A DNA stretch of 64,000 nucleotides from Nitrosopumilus sp. (lineage in GTDB: Archaea > Thermoproteota > Nitrososphaeria > Nitrososphaerales > Nitrosopumilaceae), in contig OZ242186.1 of NCBI GenBank assembly GCA_965205675.1, positions 1,792,001 to 1,856,000 on the forward strand. Reading direction: 5' to 3'. The translations under genes and the position numbers were made by a program. The notes beneath the pieces are model-generated. The model did no database searches and was not told the origin of the DNA. It was given only the letters and a program-made list of their open reading frames with translations. Position 1 is the first letter of the stretch; every line of letters begins with the position of its first letter. This document shows, piece after piece, positions 1 through 9,911 of this stretch.

Positions 1-644
1 AAAATATAGTTTGAATTAGCACCATCAAAGTTTATTGTAACTCCTGAAAGATATTTTATGTTATTTTGAATTATTGATTTTACAAAGTTACCAATTTCTC
101 CGGGTTCTCCTAATCTTTTCATGGGTAATGTTTTTTCATATTCTTTTACATTCTCTATTAATTCTTGAGTTCTATCTGTGTTTATAGGACCCGGCGCAAT
201 GTTAATACAACTAATATTTTTTTGAGCATATTCCTTACTTAGTACTTTGAAAACTTCACTAAATGCAGCTCTATATGCTGATGAGATTATTAATTTTGAA
301 TTTGGTTCTTTAATTACACTAGAACTAACTACAAAGATGTATCCACCATCATTAATTTTGATATTTTGGAGAATTGTGATAAATCCCAAAAATAATTGAT
401 TATGATATATTTTCCAATCTTCTTCAGTAATTGTAAGAAATGGTTTAGGTTCAGGCCCACCTGTGTTTAAAATTAAAATATCTGTATGAGTATTTTTTTT
501 TAAAAATTCTTTTACGCTATCTAAATTTGATGTATCAATGTCATTTTTTGATGTTGCTAAAACATCAATATCTAGTGTTTTTAGTGAATCGGATATAGCT
601 TTTCCTATTCCTCTTGAACCTCCAAGAATAATCGCACCAGCCAT
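1..644 (-). CDS. short-chain dehydrogenase/reductase (SDR), runs off window edge
   Basis: Manual translation from ATG at 644: MAGAIILGGSRGIGKAI (GxxxGxG Rossmann motif), later NTGG and NIAPGPIKT; not in ORF track because truncated. Confidence 0.85.
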   Translation of the reverse strand, partial: MAGAIILGGSRGIGKAISDSLKTLDIDVLATSKNDIDTSNLDSVKEFLKKNTHTDILILNTGGPEPKPFLTITEEDWKIYHNQLFLGFITILQNIKINDGGYIFVVSSSVIKEPNSKLIISSAYRAAFSEVFKVLSKEYAQKNISCINIAPGPINTDRTQELIENVKEYEKTLPMKRLGEPGEIGNFVKSIIQNNIKYLSGVTINFDGANSNYI

Positions 645-667
645 ACAATTCTCTAAAAACTTGATAA

Positions 668-928
668 TTAAATTTCTTTAATTTCTGTAATCGTACCTAG
701 CACTGAATCCATTCTAACAATTGCTTTTTTTTCATCCCATCCTAATGCAACATACCAATCGCCAGCGTCATCATGATATTTTGTTTCTAGAGTTTGGATA
801 TTCTCAGGCTTAATATCATATTTTCTTGCAATACTTGAAATACCTAATGCAATTGCATCTCTTTCTTTCTCCAAGCGTCTTTTCATTAATCCTATTCCTG
901 GATTCATAATTCCCTTAGGATATTTCAT
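668..928 (-). CDS. small hypothetical protein
   Basis: 86-aa ORF, ATG start, co-oriented with the SDR gene. Confidence 0.7.
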   Translation of the reverse strand: MKYPKGIMNPGIGLMKRRLEKERDAIALGISSIARKYDIKPENIQTLETKYHDDAGDWYVALGWDEKKAIVRMDSVLGTITEIKEI

Positions 929-1026
929 CTAATATACTTAATTCATAAAATTAGCCACAACATGGATTTTTTCTAATTAATAACATTACAATATTTCAAA
1001 TACTTCTATCATATTGTAGAAATAAA

Positions 1027-1620
1027 ATGAAACTAATTCAAAGACTTTCAAATTCAAAAATTGCCCAATCCAACACACTAATTTCTCTAGTATCAATTTT
1101 AGCAGTAATTGGTCCAATTGTGATTGTCTCAGCTGGATTTTGGGATGCAATCTCTCATCTTCAAAAAGAGCCGGAATTTTTCTGGAGTCCCTCACATATT
1201 GTAGTATACTTTGGAGTTTCATTGACCACTTGCGCTGCAATTATGGGTTCTATGCTTATACTTAGAAAATCAGTTTATGGTTCTCTTAAAACTGGAATTA
1301 AACTAGTAATTGTAGGTTCTATCTTGCAGATCGTCTCAGGTTTTGCTGATTCTTTATCTCATGATTTTTTTGGCATTGATGGATTAATCTCTTGGTCTCA
1401 TCAACCATTAGAATTAGGATTAGTTCTTGCATCACTAGGAGCAGTTTTAATATTAAAAAATAGAGAACATACTAAACTAAAATTATTTTTACCTTTTTCA
1501 ATAATTGCTTTTTTGTTTTTTACAACTTGGTTGTTATTTAATTTTGTATTAATTTTTGGTCATACAGTTCAATGTATTCAGATTTATGAAATATTTTCTT
1601 CTGGCTGTTCTATATTGTAA
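1027..1620 (+). CDS. multi-pass membrane protein
   Basis: 197 aa, about 5 hydrophobic segments with WDxxxH and SHxxFG motifs. Confidence 0.75.
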   Translation: MKLIQRLSNSKIAQSNTLISLVSILAVIGPIVIVSAGFWDAISHLQKEPEFFWSPSHIVVYFGVSLTTCAAIMGSMLILRKSVYGSLKTGIKLVIVGSILQIVSGFADSLSHDFFGIDGLISWSHQPLELGLVLASLGAVLILKNREHTKLKLFLPFSIIAFLFFTTWLLFNFVLIFGHTVQCIQIYEIFSSGCSIL

Positions 1621-2075
1621 TTTTTTATTTTTAAATATGATATTATCATTATAACAATAGCACCAACCAAAATCATAACTCCTGAAAATTGCATCTTTTG
1701 AGAATTTGTATTTCCAAATTCTATTTGTATATCAATTGGGTTTTTTGCAATATTTGTAATTTTTACAGTATATTCTCCATCTCCATCAAAATCAAAATAT
1801 CCTACGGACATTTTTGTTTGAATCATTTGCTCTTGAATTATATTATCTTTCAAATCTAATATTTGAACAAAAATCTTTTCCCCTGTAAATTCATGTATGT
1901 ATAATTTGTAATACCCTATATCTGTACCAAAAAACGTTGATTTTACTTGAATAGAATTTGATTCTTTTAACATGATTGTTTCATGTGTTTTCTCTGTTTC
2001 ATCAAAAATAAATACGGTCCAAATTATTCCTAGAATTACTAATACTAATCCGATTTTGAATGGTGATAATAGCAT
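1584..2075 (-). CDS. membrane protein with N- and C-terminal TM helices and a beta-rich middle domain
   Basis: 163-aa ORF, hydrophobic termini, GEYTVKITN-type strands. Confidence 0.7.
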   Translation of the reverse strand: MLLSPFKIGLVLVILGIIWTVFIFDETEKTHETIMLKESNSIQVKSTFFGTDIGYYKLYIHEFTGEKIFVQILDLKDNIIQEQMIQTKMSVGYFDFDGDGEYTVKITNIAKNPIDIQIEFGNTNSQKMQFSGVMILVGAIVIMIISYLKIKNYNIEQPEENIS

Positions 2076-2331
2076 TCCATCATGCTGAGAAATTATTTAC
2101 TTAATAAGATAGTCGATACAAAAGTGATTAGATTAAAAGAAATTTTTTACTAAAAATAGAGATATTATTGTATCAAGACTAAATGTATTTGATACGATAA
2201 CATTCAAGTTTTTTTAATTGATTAGAACAAAAAAATCTAGATCGCATATTGGAACACCCTAAACCAATTATTCTAGAATGTCAATAATTACAACACACGA
2301 ATTTTATTTTATAATTTGAAGATGAAAATTC

Positions 2332-2417
2332 GTCAGGGTCGCCAAGTTAGGTATGGCGTGGTATTGAAAACACCATTATCTTCCCCGATATCATGGATTC
2401 GAATCCCATCCCTGACG
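2332..2417 (+). tRNA. atypical class II (long variable arm) tRNA-like gene, anticodon reads GAA; possibly a degenerate tRNA-Ser(TGA)
   Basis: Acceptor GTCAGGG/CCCTGAC, D arm GCC..GG..GGC, anticodon arm TGGTA-TTGAAAA-CACCA, variable arm TATC/GATA, T arm ATGGA-TTCGAAT-CCCAT; two A-C mismatches. Confidence 0.6.
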
Positions 2418-2532
2418 GGTTTTATAATACCCATTAAATTATTAATCATAAAAAGATTTGTGAGTTATTAGGCTTGAAAATTATTACAATTAGATCGCAA
2501 TAGATTAGTAATCAAAATCATCATAACAAATT

Positions 2533-2829
2533 ATGGCAGATAAAATAACTGTAAGTGATCTCAAAGCACAAAAAGAAAACTTTGTTATCTTAGACGTAAG
2601 AGAATTTGATGAATTAGAATCTGGAAAAATTAAAGATTCTAAACATATGCCATTAGGTCTAGTGATTAGAAATGTCAAGAAAGAGCAGATTAACGACTTG
2701 AAAGATAAGAAAATCTGTACTTATTGTGCAAGTGGTTACAGGGGAAACATTGCAGCTGATGAACTAAACAAAGGTGGCTTTAATGCAATAACCCTTGAAG
2801 GTGGATTTCCATCATGGAACCAATCTTAA
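2533..2829 (+). CDS. single-domain rhodanese (sulfurtransferase)
   Basis: ILDVRE, YCASGYRG active-site loop, LEGGFPSW. Confidence 0.9.
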   Translation: MADKITVSDLKAQKENFVILDVREFDELESGKIKDSKHMPLGLVIRNVKKEQINDLKDKKICTYCASGYRGNIAADELNKGGFNAITLEGGFPSWNQS

Positions 2830-2839
2830 TTTCCTTTTT

Positions 2840-3079
2840 TTAATCACCCAAAAAATATTCTTTGTCAATTTCCTTAATTTTTATTGTCTTCTTTACTTTA
2901 ATTCCCACATTATTTTCAATCATGTATCTAACTAATTGTTTACCGTTTATCAACACAATATTTTTTTCAGATTTTGTTATATCCTCATAGGCTTCTTTGG
3001 AAAAATTAGAAGTTGTAATGAATATTCCTTTTCTAGATTTCTTTAAATAATTTGTTATCCTCAAAAGCCTAGTTTTCAT
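2840..3079 (-). pseudogene. mrr: Mrr restriction endonuclease, C-terminal fragment
   Basis: KGIFITTSNFS...IVLINGKQLVRYMIENNVG...IDKEYF matches the Mrr C-terminus; catalytic D..QAKR part absent. Confidence 0.8.
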
Positions 3080-3558
3080 TTCTTTAACAGTTTTCTAATT
3101 ACCAAGGATTTATACAATAAAATTCCTCCAATAGAGAATTCAACAATGGATGTTATTAACGATAAAAGTAACCAAACTAAAATGCGTGGCTGACTATAAT
3201 CAATTAGAGGGGGTGTTGTTGTCAAAGTCTGTAGAAATGAAACTAGATTAGTAATGCCAAAAAATATCAACGATCCTGCCAATGCCAAAATAAAATACGG
3301 CCTCCTAGGAATGTTTTTTCTTTTTAGAATAAAATACAGTACTGGAAATAATAATAATACTGCAACACCCAATGAATAGCCTTCTGATATTACAGCACCA
3401 ATGACGCTGATTGCTAGCTGTTCCATTCCTTCTGGAGTACCAGTCCATGCTCCGATACCGTCTCCAGCATACCAAACGTGTGGGCTAGCTAATATATCAG
3501 TCATCCCAGAAATCTGTATAAGAAAGACGGTGCTGATAATCAAAAGTATAATTTTCAT
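3076..3558 (-). CDS. membrane protein lying between the two mrr halves
   Basis: 160 aa, signal-like N-terminus plus 3 TM segments; ATGA overlaps at both ends. Confidence 0.7.
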   Translation of the reverse strand: MKIILLIISTVFLIQISGMTDILASPHVWYAGDGIGAWTGTPEGMEQLAISVIGAVISEGYSLGVAVLLLFPVLYFILKRKNIPRRPYFILALAGSLIFFGITNLVSFLQTLTTTPPLIDYSQPRILVWLLLSLITSIVEFSIGGILLYKSLVIRKLLKK

Positions 3559-3998
3559 CTTTTTAAAAAATCATTAATAAGAATATTATTGATTTGAGAA
3601 AGTCCATCATCAATAAAATCTTCTGGAGATTTACCACTATCAAATAATTCAGTTGATGTTGCTGATGATTCTAATTCATTTGATTCTTCAAATTGAAGTA
3701 AAAATTTTCTGTTAATTTTCAATGGTTTTTGTTTTAATATACTTAAACCTCTAGTTGAAATTTTGAATGTTACTCGTTGTTTTTCTAAAATACTAGCTCG
3801 TGTTAGATAAAATTTAGCCCATCCAATTCTATTATAGAGGTAATTTCCTCCTGACGGGCGTTCTTTTTCTATATCTTCTTGTTGTAAATCAAAATAATTT
3901 ATCAGATAATCCATTACTTCAGAATATTTTTTTTCATTATTATCACCTAAAAAATCTACAAGAGGTAGCATAATATCTTCAAAAGTAGGAAGAGACAT
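3555..3998 (-). pseudogene. mrr: Mrr restriction endonuclease, N-terminal (Mrr_N winged-helix) fragment
   Basis: MSLPTFEDIMLPL...PSGG..YNRIGWAKFYLTRA...ISTRG typical of Mrr_N, followed by the SPED linker. Confidence 0.85.
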
Positions 3999-4033
3999 AA
4001 TTTAGGAAAAATCAAGAAAGATATGAATATTTA

Positions 4034-4291
4034 CTATTTCGTCTTGCTACAGGATTCATGAATCCAAACACCTTTAGAATTTCTTACGATTTTGTCCTTT
4101 TTTACAACTATCTTTAACTTACAAACCTTGCATATTCCGTCAAACTTTGCTAAGATTGGTTTGCTAGAATATTGTTTCACATTATTTCCTCTAGGTCTAA
4201 AATACTGGCACTCTTTACATTTTGTACACTTGTTAGGAATTCCTGTACTGTGGTATTTATCAACATGTCCACAAAAGCAGATTATTACCAA
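4034..4291 (-). CDS. small Cys/His-rich zinc-binding protein
   Basis: CFCGH..H..C..C..C and C..C...WIH..C motifs. Confidence 0.65.
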   Translation of the reverse strand: MVIICFCGHVDKYHSTGIPNKCTKCKECQYFRPRGNNVKQYSSKPILAKFDGICKVCKLKIVVKKDKIVRNSKGVWIHESCSKTK

Positions 4292-4541
4292 TAATTCTAA
4301 GAATCTTGCTAAAAATATATGGTTTACAAATTGTGATATTTTTGAATTAAACTGCAGTAACTCTTGATAGAATAACTATGGTCCTATTGCTACAAGTATC
4401 AGTAGTTCTTAGTAATGGAACTTGATACTTTTCCAAGCCTCTCAAAAAATTAGCAAAATATCCATAGTATCAAATCTTACCAAAATATCAAATTTCCAAT
4501 AATCCTAACTAGGATTCTTGGAATTTCTAACGCCTATGACA

Positions 4542-4830
4542 TTGCATTAGTTTGCATGGAAAAAAACTTGAAAATAACTTGAAATTGCATGAAAATAACT
4601 AATATGCGACTATGAGTTTGCATGACTAGACTTTTTTGCATTTCATGTGCCTATTTTTTTGCATTTCATGTGCCTATTTTTCCAAGCCATGTAAGGTCAT
4701 GCAAATTCATGCAAACTTGAATAATTTCATGCAAAGTAGGTAATTCATGCAAAGTTGAATAAATTCAAGCAAAGTATACAATTCATGCAAAGTTGAATAA
4801 ATTCAAGCAAAGTATACAATTCATGCAACT
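4542..4830. repeat. mirror-symmetric array of TTGCATG / CATGCAA motifs (iteron-like)
   Basis: TTGCATG at 4552, 4585, 4618; 23-bp direct repeat x2 at 4632-4680; (A/T)TTCA(T/A)GCAA at 4705, 4725, 4743, 4763, 4781, 4801, 4819. Confidence 0.8.
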
Positions 4831-4923
4831 ATCTAACTAGGTCTAGTATCATCTATTGCAGTAAGTCTAGTTTTAATGGTATGATAGATTCTTTTTTTGG
4901 TTAGATAGTATCAAATTCTAATA

Positions 4924-5850
4924 TTGTCATATAATATCAATGATAAAAGCGATAGAGAATTACTAATTACTCTACTTGGTGATATTCAGTTAGTAAAAAA
5001 GAAATTAGATATTGAAGAGAATAGATTTTGTACTATCGCAAACTATGAAATCGAACTATCAAGGTATGAAGAATTTGCCATAAATACATTAGACCTCAAT
5101 CCTGGAACTATAAAGAATCATACAATAGCAATAAAGAAATTCCTAGAGTTTTCAAAAGGTGAGGTAAACTATGACATTACAAAAGAGTATCTTGATTCAT
5201 CAGATAGTAAATCTCAAGCAAATATTCTAAAGTCATTAAGACGGTTCATTAGGGATTACCTAAAACTTGGAAACTGGATTAATGAGATACAGTTCAAGAC
5301 AGAAAAGACCAAACTCAAGACTGAAAAACTATCAAACAACAAAGAACTGTCTGTATTTTGTTCAGAAATTCAAACATTGGAAATTCAAGTTATATTTTTA
5401 ATTTGCTTTAATTCTGGATTGAGAATAAATGAAGTCTTACAAATAGAACGAGATAAGATAAATTATGATTTGAATTGTATTGATGTTTCAGATATTCATC
5501 AAGGCGGTACTAAATCCTCTTGGTATGGATTTTTCACAGAGCAAACTAAAGAATATCTACAAAGTCATATTGAGAATAGTTTCATAGATGATAAAATATT
5601 TGACGTGTCGTATGATCAAGTTTATGCGGAATTCAAAAGAGTAAGTGAGATTACAAAAATTGAGTTAACGCCAAAATCATTAAGGACTATTTTTGTTGAA
5701 AGGTGTATTGATTGTAAGATAGATAAGAATGTCATTGATATTTTTGAAGGTCGAATCCCTAAAGGTGTTCAATCAAGGATTTATAGAAACTATTCCTCCC
5801 AAAGACTAAAAGAACATTACAATAAGGTTGAAGAATCTCTAACTTTGTGA
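4924..5850 (+). CDS. tyrosine recombinase/integrase
   Basis: GLRINE (R), GGTK (K), PKSLR (R), EGR, C-terminal Tyr candidates in RIYRNYS; TTG start. Confidence 0.85.
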   Translation: MSYNINDKSDRELLITLLGDIQLVKKKLDIEENRFCTIANYEIELSRYEEFAINTLDLNPGTIKNHTIAIKKFLEFSKGEVNYDITKEYLDSSDSKSQANILKSLRRFIRDYLKLGNWINEIQFKTEKTKLKTEKLSNNKELSVFCSEIQTLEIQVIFLICFNSGLRINEVLQIERDKINYDLNCIDVSDIHQGGTKSSWYGFFTEQTKEYLQSHIENSFIDDKIFDVSYDQVYAEFKRVSEITKIELTPKSLRTIFVERCIDCKIDKNVIDIFEGRIPKGVQSRIYRNYSSQRLKEHYNKVEESLTL

Positions 5851-5860
5851 TTTGAAAAAA

Positions 5861-6100
5861 TTATGTTCTAAACACTGTATCAAATTCTTGTTCAAACTGT
5901 TTTAGTGTAATGTTTAATTTCTTTAGTATCTGTTCAACATAAATATCACTCATTTTATTTGTTTTTTTAATTATAATTTTCTGTTCGTTGTATTTGATTG
6001 AAAACATTGAATCAATTCTAGACCAAACAACATTAAGATTAAATGATTCATCGAGAACTCTAATAAATTGATACCAATTGTAATGTTTGCTAAAAGCCAA
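5861..6100 (-). CDS. HicA-like protein (divergent, lacks GSH motif)
   Basis: 79 aa, alpha-beta3-alpha pattern ending EQILKKLNITLKQF; directly downstream of HicB-like ORF. Confidence 0.45.
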   Translation of the reverse strand: MAFSKHYNWYQFIRVLDESFNLNVVWSRIDSMFSIKYNEQKIIIKKTNKMSDIYVEQILKKLNITLKQFEQEFDTVFRT

Positions 6101-6102
6101 TA

Positions 6103-6312
6103 TTATGCAGGAATTTCAATAGAAATCATATCGCTTATCATTGTAGGGTTTTCAATTATACAAGCACCTAATGCAGTAGTAATATCAGTTTTCAACTGCT
6201 CTATATTTGATGATTCTACTACAATAGGCAAATTCTCAACTATTCCTACCATTCCTTGACCGCTATCAATAATTGTAATATCCAATGCACCTTTACCGGT
6301 TATTGTCTTCAT
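6103..6312 (-). CDS. HicB-like antitoxin, N-terminal domain only
   Basis: GMVGIVENLPIVVESSNIEQLKTDITTAL resembles the HicB partial RNase H fold. Confidence 0.5.
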   Translation of the reverse strand: MKTITGKGALDITIIDSGQGMVGIVENLPIVVESSNIEQLKTDITTALGACIIENPTMISDMISIEIPA

Positions 6313-6432
6313 GTTATATTATGATGTAATAGAGCTTATAATCATAATGATCAATTCCATGCCTAAAATCATTTGTTTATTTTGAGTTTTATCTAAATCA
6401 AAGAATTAAAAAATAATCTCGTGAAAATAAAA

Positions 6433-6463
6433 AATAGAAAGTAGAATATTCTACTTTTCTATT
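6433..6463. terminator. near-perfect palindrome, possible terminator or binding site
   Basis: AATAGAAAGTAGAAT|ATTCTACTTTTCTATT. Confidence 0.35.
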
Positions 6464-7004
6464 ACGGTTTGTTTCTTCATCAGTTCTTCTCTGTTTACAT
6501 TGATTGTGTATTTTTCCCTACCGTATGAACTGGGTACTATTGGTATCTCTTTGCCTGTCATTTTGATAGTCTCTGATCCGGACTTGTCAATTAATGCGTT
6601 CTTACATTGTTTGTTTAGTGTCCAGTTGGCAAGTGTCTTGTTTTTATCATTGCATGGAACCCTAGCTACTACGTTTCTTGAAAATCCGTTCTCAGGAATT
6701 TTTGGCTCTTGAATTATAACAAGTTTGGTATGTTGTTTTCCTTGACAAACAGGCCGTCTAGTTCTCTCTCTATCTCCAACTGATCACCCCCTCTTACTTT
6801 GCATAAGTTAGATTTGGTTTGTGTTGTAATTTTTTCAGATATTAGACAATAGTTCTCTAGTGTAAAATTGATTGAAGTTCTTGTAGATGTTATTTTTCTA
6901 TGTGATATGGAATGATGTCTTGATGATTGCTCCATTGTACCAAAACATCTAGAACATTTTCTACATTCCATAACATCAAAACCAAACAAGTCAACTTGTT
7001 TCAT
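6462..7004 (-). pseudogene. degraded virus/plasmid-like ORFs
   Basis: 6714-7004 ORF (CxxCxxC) whose end appears to continue after a frameshift into an open frame (..IIQEPKIPENG..NWTLNKQCKNALID..). Confidence 0.35.
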
Positions 7005-7156
7005 TTTTCAGAATCCTCAAAAAGTTTAGACTGTAATAGACATTGTTTCTCGTGTTTGTCTTGTTGTTCTCGTGTTTTGTTGTTTAGTGATTTATTGCAT
7101 CTAGTACAGATTGAGTTTTTTGTAGTTCCCGAATATTGGGAGTGATTGGTTTTCAA
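7001..7156 (-). CDS. 51-aa putative C2HC zinc-finger protein
   Basis: TTG start; ..ICTRCNKSL..QQDKHEKQC..; ATGA overlap with the next ORF. Confidence 0.45.
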   Translation of the reverse strand: MKTNHSQYSGTTKNSICTRCNKSLNNKTREQQDKHEKQCLLQSKLFEDSEK

Positions 7157-7157
7157 T

Positions 7158-8229
7158 AGACCTCTTGCGTAATTAGACATATTTTACCATATTACACAAA
7201 TTCCTTCACAGCAAGATCCAAAGCTAAGAACAACTTAACACATTTCATGTTAACATACAAGCAACTCTCAAAAAAGCCAAAATCCCTTCTCTCTTTTACT
7301 GGAGTGACTAGGCAACAGTTTGATGTGATTCTAAAGGATGTCAGAAAGAATCACCGTATAGAAGAAAAGAAGAGACTATCCAAAGCAAAGAGAAAAAGAA
7401 GTATCGGAGCTGGGCGAAAGTTTGATTTGAGTCTTGAAGACCAGCTTGTAATGTTGTTTGTTTACTATCGGATGTACCTGACATGTGAATTGACAGGATA
7501 TCTGTTTGGATTAGACCAGAGCAACGTCTACAGAAACATCAGATATTTAGAGCCTGCAGTAAGAAAAACAGTTCCTATTCCTGCAAAACTATACTCTGAT
7601 TCTAAAAAAATAAATGATGTACAGCAACTCCAACTGTTCTTTCCTGAATTAATTGCAATGACTGATGGGACAGAGCAGCAAATCCCAAGACCCCAGAACA
7701 AAAAGAAAAGATCCACTATTCAGGCAAAAAGAAAAAACACACAATAAAAAACCAAACACCGTAAACCAGAAAGGTGAGATAATCCACAAACCCCCACATT
7801 CTCCAGGTAACATGATTATGCCATACTGAAAATCAGACATCCAGAACTGCCCGAAGATGTGATGATATTTTATGACCTTGGGTATTTGGGAGTGGAAAAA
7901 GATTTCCCAGAACAGACAAGCATTCTACCATACAAGAAAAAGAAAGGAAAAAAACTGACCATACATCAAAAGGAATGGAACAAGATACAGTCAAGAATCC
8001 GAATAAAAGTAGAACATATTATCTCTCAAATCAAAAAGTTTAGGATTAATTCTGAGACATTTAGGAATAGATTGTGCAGGTATGATGCAATAAGTGACAT
8101 CGTATGTGGAATTGTGAATTTCAAGACAAGATGGAAGCAAGAGCTTGTTGTGATTCCATAAGATTAGAAATTATTTGAAATTAAATTCAATGAAAGATAA
8201 GATTTTGTTTGTAATTACGCAAGAGGTCT
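7158..8229 (+). mobile_element. IS5-family (ISL2-group-like, HTH_Tnp_4/DDE_Tnp_4) insertion sequence, frameshifted
   Basis: TIRs AGACCTCTTGCGTAATTA / TAATTACGCAAGAGGTCT, AAT on both flanks; ORFs 7247-7747 and 7859-8161 (DGTE, DLGYLG, RIKVEH). Confidence 0.85.
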
Positions 8230-9361
8230 AATATCTTATTGTTTCCATGCTCTAGTAAAAATAACTCACGGTTCCACAATGCAGATGCACATAATTCTAT
8301 CATGTCATTGTGTTTGGGAAATTCATATTCTGAATCTGGATTAAAGAAACTGGCAATGGAATCAGATAATGCTTCTCCAACTGGTTCATGGTTGAGAAAA
8401 ATCATATCAAAAATATCACAAAAAACAATGCAGATTCAATTACATCAGTCACTAGATAGTACAGTATCAAAATTACAAGAATTGGGAGTATTGGAACAAC
8501 CAGTTACTGTAGCAATTGACAAACATCTAATCCCAAGATATGACAAATTGCCAAACCATTCTTTAATAAAATCAAAATCTAAAAACAGTACTACTCATTT
8601 TGAGAGTTACTGCACCATGCAGTGCGTTGAAAAAAGAATCAGGGCTCAATTAGGTTGTTATCCTTTGTATGACAACAAATCAAATGCCGATTTTGTGCGT
8701 AAATTACTCTCTGATGGCATCAATAATGGAATCAAGATTAAACTATTGCTAGTGGATAGGGAGTTTTTCACAGCTGGAACAATTTCAGAAATAAAACAAA
8801 AGAATCTGAAATTTCTAATGCCTGCAAAAAAGAATTCTCGAATCAAAGATGCAATTGTACAATACGTTAATGGAGATAGAAAGTCAATCTCGCCATACAC
8901 AATAAAATCATCATCAGGACATGTAGAATCATTTAATCTAGTTATTCTACCAAACAAAAATGCAAGAAAAAAATCAGATATTATTGATCAGTATGTTGTG
9001 TTTGCAACAAATATTTCACCAAAAGAAATATCATATAACATACAAAACATTCCAACTGACTACAAGAAACGTTGGGGGATTGAAACAGGCTATGCATGTG
9101 TGGGAAGGTTCAGACCAAAAACCACCAGTTCAAACCAATCCATAAGATTGTTGTATTTTTACTATTCATTGATTTTGTACAATGCATGGATAATTGCTAA
9201 TTTGATTATCTCAGAAGAAACTAATGTACAAAATCACAAACCAATAATATCAATTGAAATTCTCAAATATTTCTTTGTAAAGATAATTATTCATTATTTT
9301 AGAAATAACAAAAATAATTATTTTCTAGAATGTGTAACTTGAGTTACTTTCCCATCTACTG
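8230..9361 (+). mobile_element. ISH3-like IS, 5'-truncated (transposase ORF 8239-9342)
   Basis: Near-identical to 41067-42385; right TIR TTGAGTTACTTTCCCATCTACTG present, left end replaced by the IS5 copy; YKKRWGIETGY motif. Confidence 0.85.
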
Positions 9362-9769
9362 ATCACAAATATCAACAATTTCTTTTTGCTGTAATGGATA
9401 AAGTTCCTCTTCTTGTTTTTTTGGAAATTCTAGATTTTCTTTTACATCATCAGAAGTTATCTTAATCCCTAAATGTCTAATGTATTTTTTTAGATATGAA
9501 AAATACATTATGATCGTACTTGGTGCATTACCAACATCTACGTTATAATTAACCCAACCTTGCAATACATCAAATATTTTATCAATATCATTTTTTACTA
9601 CAACCATTTCATCAAATACAATACTCGAATCTCTATTATCATACCTTGATTTACAATAACTGTTAAAATTACTAATCATATTTTTATGAATTTTTTTAGT
9701 ATTGGTTGGTCTAACTTTCATTTTATCCTCGAATGATTTTGATTGTTTTCTCTCATTTAAGAAAGTCAT
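9356..9769 (-). pseudogene. integrase N-terminal (core-binding) fragment truncated by IS
   Basis: ..APSTIIMYFSYLKKYIRHLGIKI..LEFPK..EELYPL.. typical of tyrosine-recombinase N-domains; starts about 70 bp from the tRNA-Arg 3' end. Confidence 0.6.
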
Positions 9770-9836
9770 TATTGAAAAATGACCTAAAAGAATACTTAAT
9801 CTAATCGTTTTGCATTAGATTAATAAGATAATCTAA

Positions 9837-9911
9837 AGGGCTCGGAGGGCTTCGATCCCTCGACCTAGCGGTTCGAAGCCGCTCGCACTATCCAGACTGT
9901 GCAACGAGTCC
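9837..9911 (-). tRNA. tRNA-Arg(TCG)
   Basis: GGACTCG/CGAGCCC acceptor, AGCGG-CTTCGAA-CCGCT anticodon arm. Confidence 0.92.

Noticed and set aside
2332-2417. tRNA-Sec or minus-strand tRNA
   Set aside because: D-loop GG and T-loop TTCGAAT are correctly ordered only on +; acceptor is 7 bp and there is no TCA at anticodon positions.
4542-4830. CRISPR array
   Set aside because: Inter-repeat sequences are short and themselves repeated; no unique 30-40-nt spacers and no cas genes in the window.
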